Below are positions 62,001 through 64,000 of a stretch of 64,000 bases of DNA, piece after piece. The notes below the pieces were generated by a model that had not been told where the DNA came from, made no database searches, and saw only the letters and a program-made list of their open reading frames with translations. This DNA comes from Basidiobolus meristosporus CBS 931.73 (Eukaryota > Fungi > Basidiobolomycota). The position numbers were made by a program, and so were the translations under genes. The stretch is from contig MCFE01000048.1 in assembly GCA_002104905.1 (NCBI GenBank), forward strand, positions 1 through 64,000. The letters are read 5' to 3'. Within the stretch, counting starts at the first letter, position 1. Every line of letters starts with the position of its first letter.

Positions 62001-62760
62001 ACATCCTGCCTGACCACCTTTCAAGACTTTTCTCAACTTCACCTTGGGAGGGACATGTGAATACTGATATAAGCAGTAAGCTCACTACAGCTTCCAAAAT
62101 AATTCCTCAGCTGGATTCAGCAATCTGGAAAATCCCACATACCAATGAAAGGAAAATGCTGATATAGAGGAGTCATCTACTTAGACACTCTGGAGCTGAC
62201 ACACTTATGAAGAAGCTACACTCTGATGGATATCACTGGCCAAATATCAAAGCTGACTGTCTAGAGTTTGTCAAGTCTTGCGGAGAATGTCAAATTTACA
62301 ATATTAGCTGCAACAGATTTCACCCTTTGAGTCCCATCCATGCAAGCCTTCCTATGGATCATATTGCAATTGATCTAGCTGGACCTTTCACCACTAGTGA
62401 TGATGGTAATCACTACCTCTTTGTAATTGTGGATGTCTCCACATGTTTTGTTTTCCTCAAAGTTATCTCAGACAAGCATGCTGCCACTATTGCACAAGCA
62501 CTGTTCAAGCTCTTCTGCCTTTTTGGATTCCCTAAGATCATTGAAGCAGATAATGGAACAGAATTTGTAAATTGTGTGATCAAAGCCCTCTGCCAGAATA
62601 GCGCCAGTGATCACTGTCTGATCACTCCATATCATCCAAAAGCTAATGGACTTGCTGAAAGACATGTTCAGACCAAAGTGGACATCATCAGGAAATCTAT
62701 CAATGGTATCTAGAAGAATTGGGACAGGTACATTCCCACTGGACAGCATGCTATCCCTAT
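59010..62760 (+). mobile_element. Degenerate Ty3/Gypsy retrotransposon (gag-pol), 3'-truncated
   Basis: Coiled-coil gag start, CFKCGKIGH knuckle, protease ALLDTAS, RT (RPCLDPRPLN, PFGLK, FVDD), RNase H (KELLAIVFALKKF, TDH) and integrase (HHCC, IDLAGP, DNGTEF, NGLAER) in Gypsy order. Many stops; no 3' LTR seen. Confidence 0.92.
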
Positions 62761-63060
62761 GAAAAATTATTGAGATGATCCTGTCAAAAGGCCATCACAA
62801 AGTTAATGTCCCGTGACTAAGAGGTACTGATCTCATCAGGGCACCATCCAGAGACCGTTGAAAAATAATTGCACACCAGATTTCACAAAAAACTTAGTCA
62901 AAATTTCTCATCACAACAATCTATAAGTGGCTCTTGATTGGTTTCCTGCCAATTTGCTCACTTTCTGATCCTGAACACTCTATTGCCTCCTATGTTTGTG
63001 TGAATTGATTGGCTATTGCCTCTTTTTCACACTCCTTACTTCCTAACTCAACTGTTTCTC

Positions 63061-63986
63061 TTACTTTTCATGCATACAAATTGATTTTATCCGTTGAAAC
63101 TTCAGTTGTACCTCAATTGCCAATTGTATTGACCTATACAAGTCTCTATACCCTACCCCAACATTAAGCCCAACCCTACACTCAACTAGTAACTCCATTA
63201 AAATCCACCACTCAATAAGTATTTCTGCTGTGATACTCTGGTTCCACAACTTTGGTGGGAACCCAATGGCTTTATGCCACTGTTCATTCACTGGTTCCCA
63301 CACATTCTGGTCTTCAGCCAGCACTGCAAGGTCTAGCTCCTCATCTGTCAGTCTTTGCAATAAGTCCTTGCCATACTGAAGTGCATTTTCTTGAGCACTG
63401 TTCTTGAAGAAGTACTGCAGCCTCTTGGTGTGCCTATTAATGTTAGAAAACTCCACTGAAGTCATTGTGTTAGTTTTTCAAGCTATTGACATTGTAGCCT
63501 TGTCTGTTAGTGGGATCTCCACTCTGTAAACAATGGAGGCTGTGGAGGCTGTGGTAGACAAATTGCCTTTTCCAGCAAACTCATCTACCTTGCTGGAGTG
63601 TAGCTCAACTGGCTGCGCTTCCAACTCTTGTGAAAACAGCGGTTTTCTTGTTGGTAATTCTTCTTGACTATGATGGAACTCAGTCTGCTCCTGGCTTGCG
63701 GCATTATTTGGCAAGAACTGCAGCTTTTTTTGCATGCCTCCCTGTCTCAGGCTTAAGTAGACATCTTTCCCTTTACCTTTTCCTTTATCACTGCCAGGTC
63801 ATTCATGGCTACTTTGTCTGAGTGCTTCTGTGGTAATAGTAAGTATTCCATTACTACAATATCTCTAAACCAATGTTGCACCCATTTCTTTATTTTGCTT
63901 TTTGCTATCGTAACACACAAGTGAAAGATCAAGAATTTCCAACTTTGAGGAATAAATGCTCCAGACCCTGACAAGCAATCCACCAA
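63061..63986 (-). pseudogene. Decayed ORF of unknown function in CpG-depleted DNA, probably part of another repeat
   Basis: ORFs 63478-63735 and 63061-63465 share one frame, separated by a single TGA, and an upstream ORF is frameshifted. No recognisable domain. Confidence 0.35.
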
Positions 63987-64000
63987 AGAATATTATGTCA

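Noticed and set aside
1-64000. CRISPR arrays, rRNA genes, prokaryotic operons or defence systems
   Set aside because: None seen. The DNA is eukaryotic with spliceosomal introns.

Overview
Eukaryotic, intron-containing fungal DNA. Gene content and intron style suggest an early-diverging fungus (Zoopagomycota/Mucoromycota-like); this is inference and unverified. The window has three zones. (1) 0.5-5.9 kb: a head-to-tail pair of 5'-truncated APE-endonuclease/RT non-LTR retrotransposons. All three junctions carry the telomere hexamer CCCTAA. The coding sequence has no CpG and the two copies differ mostly at synonymous sites. An LTR remnant split by a MITE follows. (2) 6-50 kb: ordinary gene space with normal CpG, encoding two 7TM receptors, an RRM protein, a DUF6787-like protein, GST-zeta/MAAI, an RGS protein, a CRAL-TRIO protein, xanthine dehydrogenase, a DDIAS-like OB-fold protein, a DOCK GEF, a class III G-alpha, DPM1, a ThrE/PRM10 transporter and cyanase. 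It also holds three decayed housekeeping genes (thioredoxin reductase, CDF transporter, mitochondrial PheRS) and one aberrant tRNA-like gene. (3) 50.6-64 kb: a CpG-depleted nest of dead elements, namely a Copia with two nested solo LTRs and an anomalous ~57-bp flanking duplication, more solo LTRs, a ~730-bp foldback and a Gypsy. The best candidate for an undescribed system is the CCCTAA-junctioned LINE array, which may be a telomere-targeting or telomere-extending APE-type retrotransposon. All calls were made by reading the sequence and recalling motifs; no searches were run, and exon boundaries are approximate.
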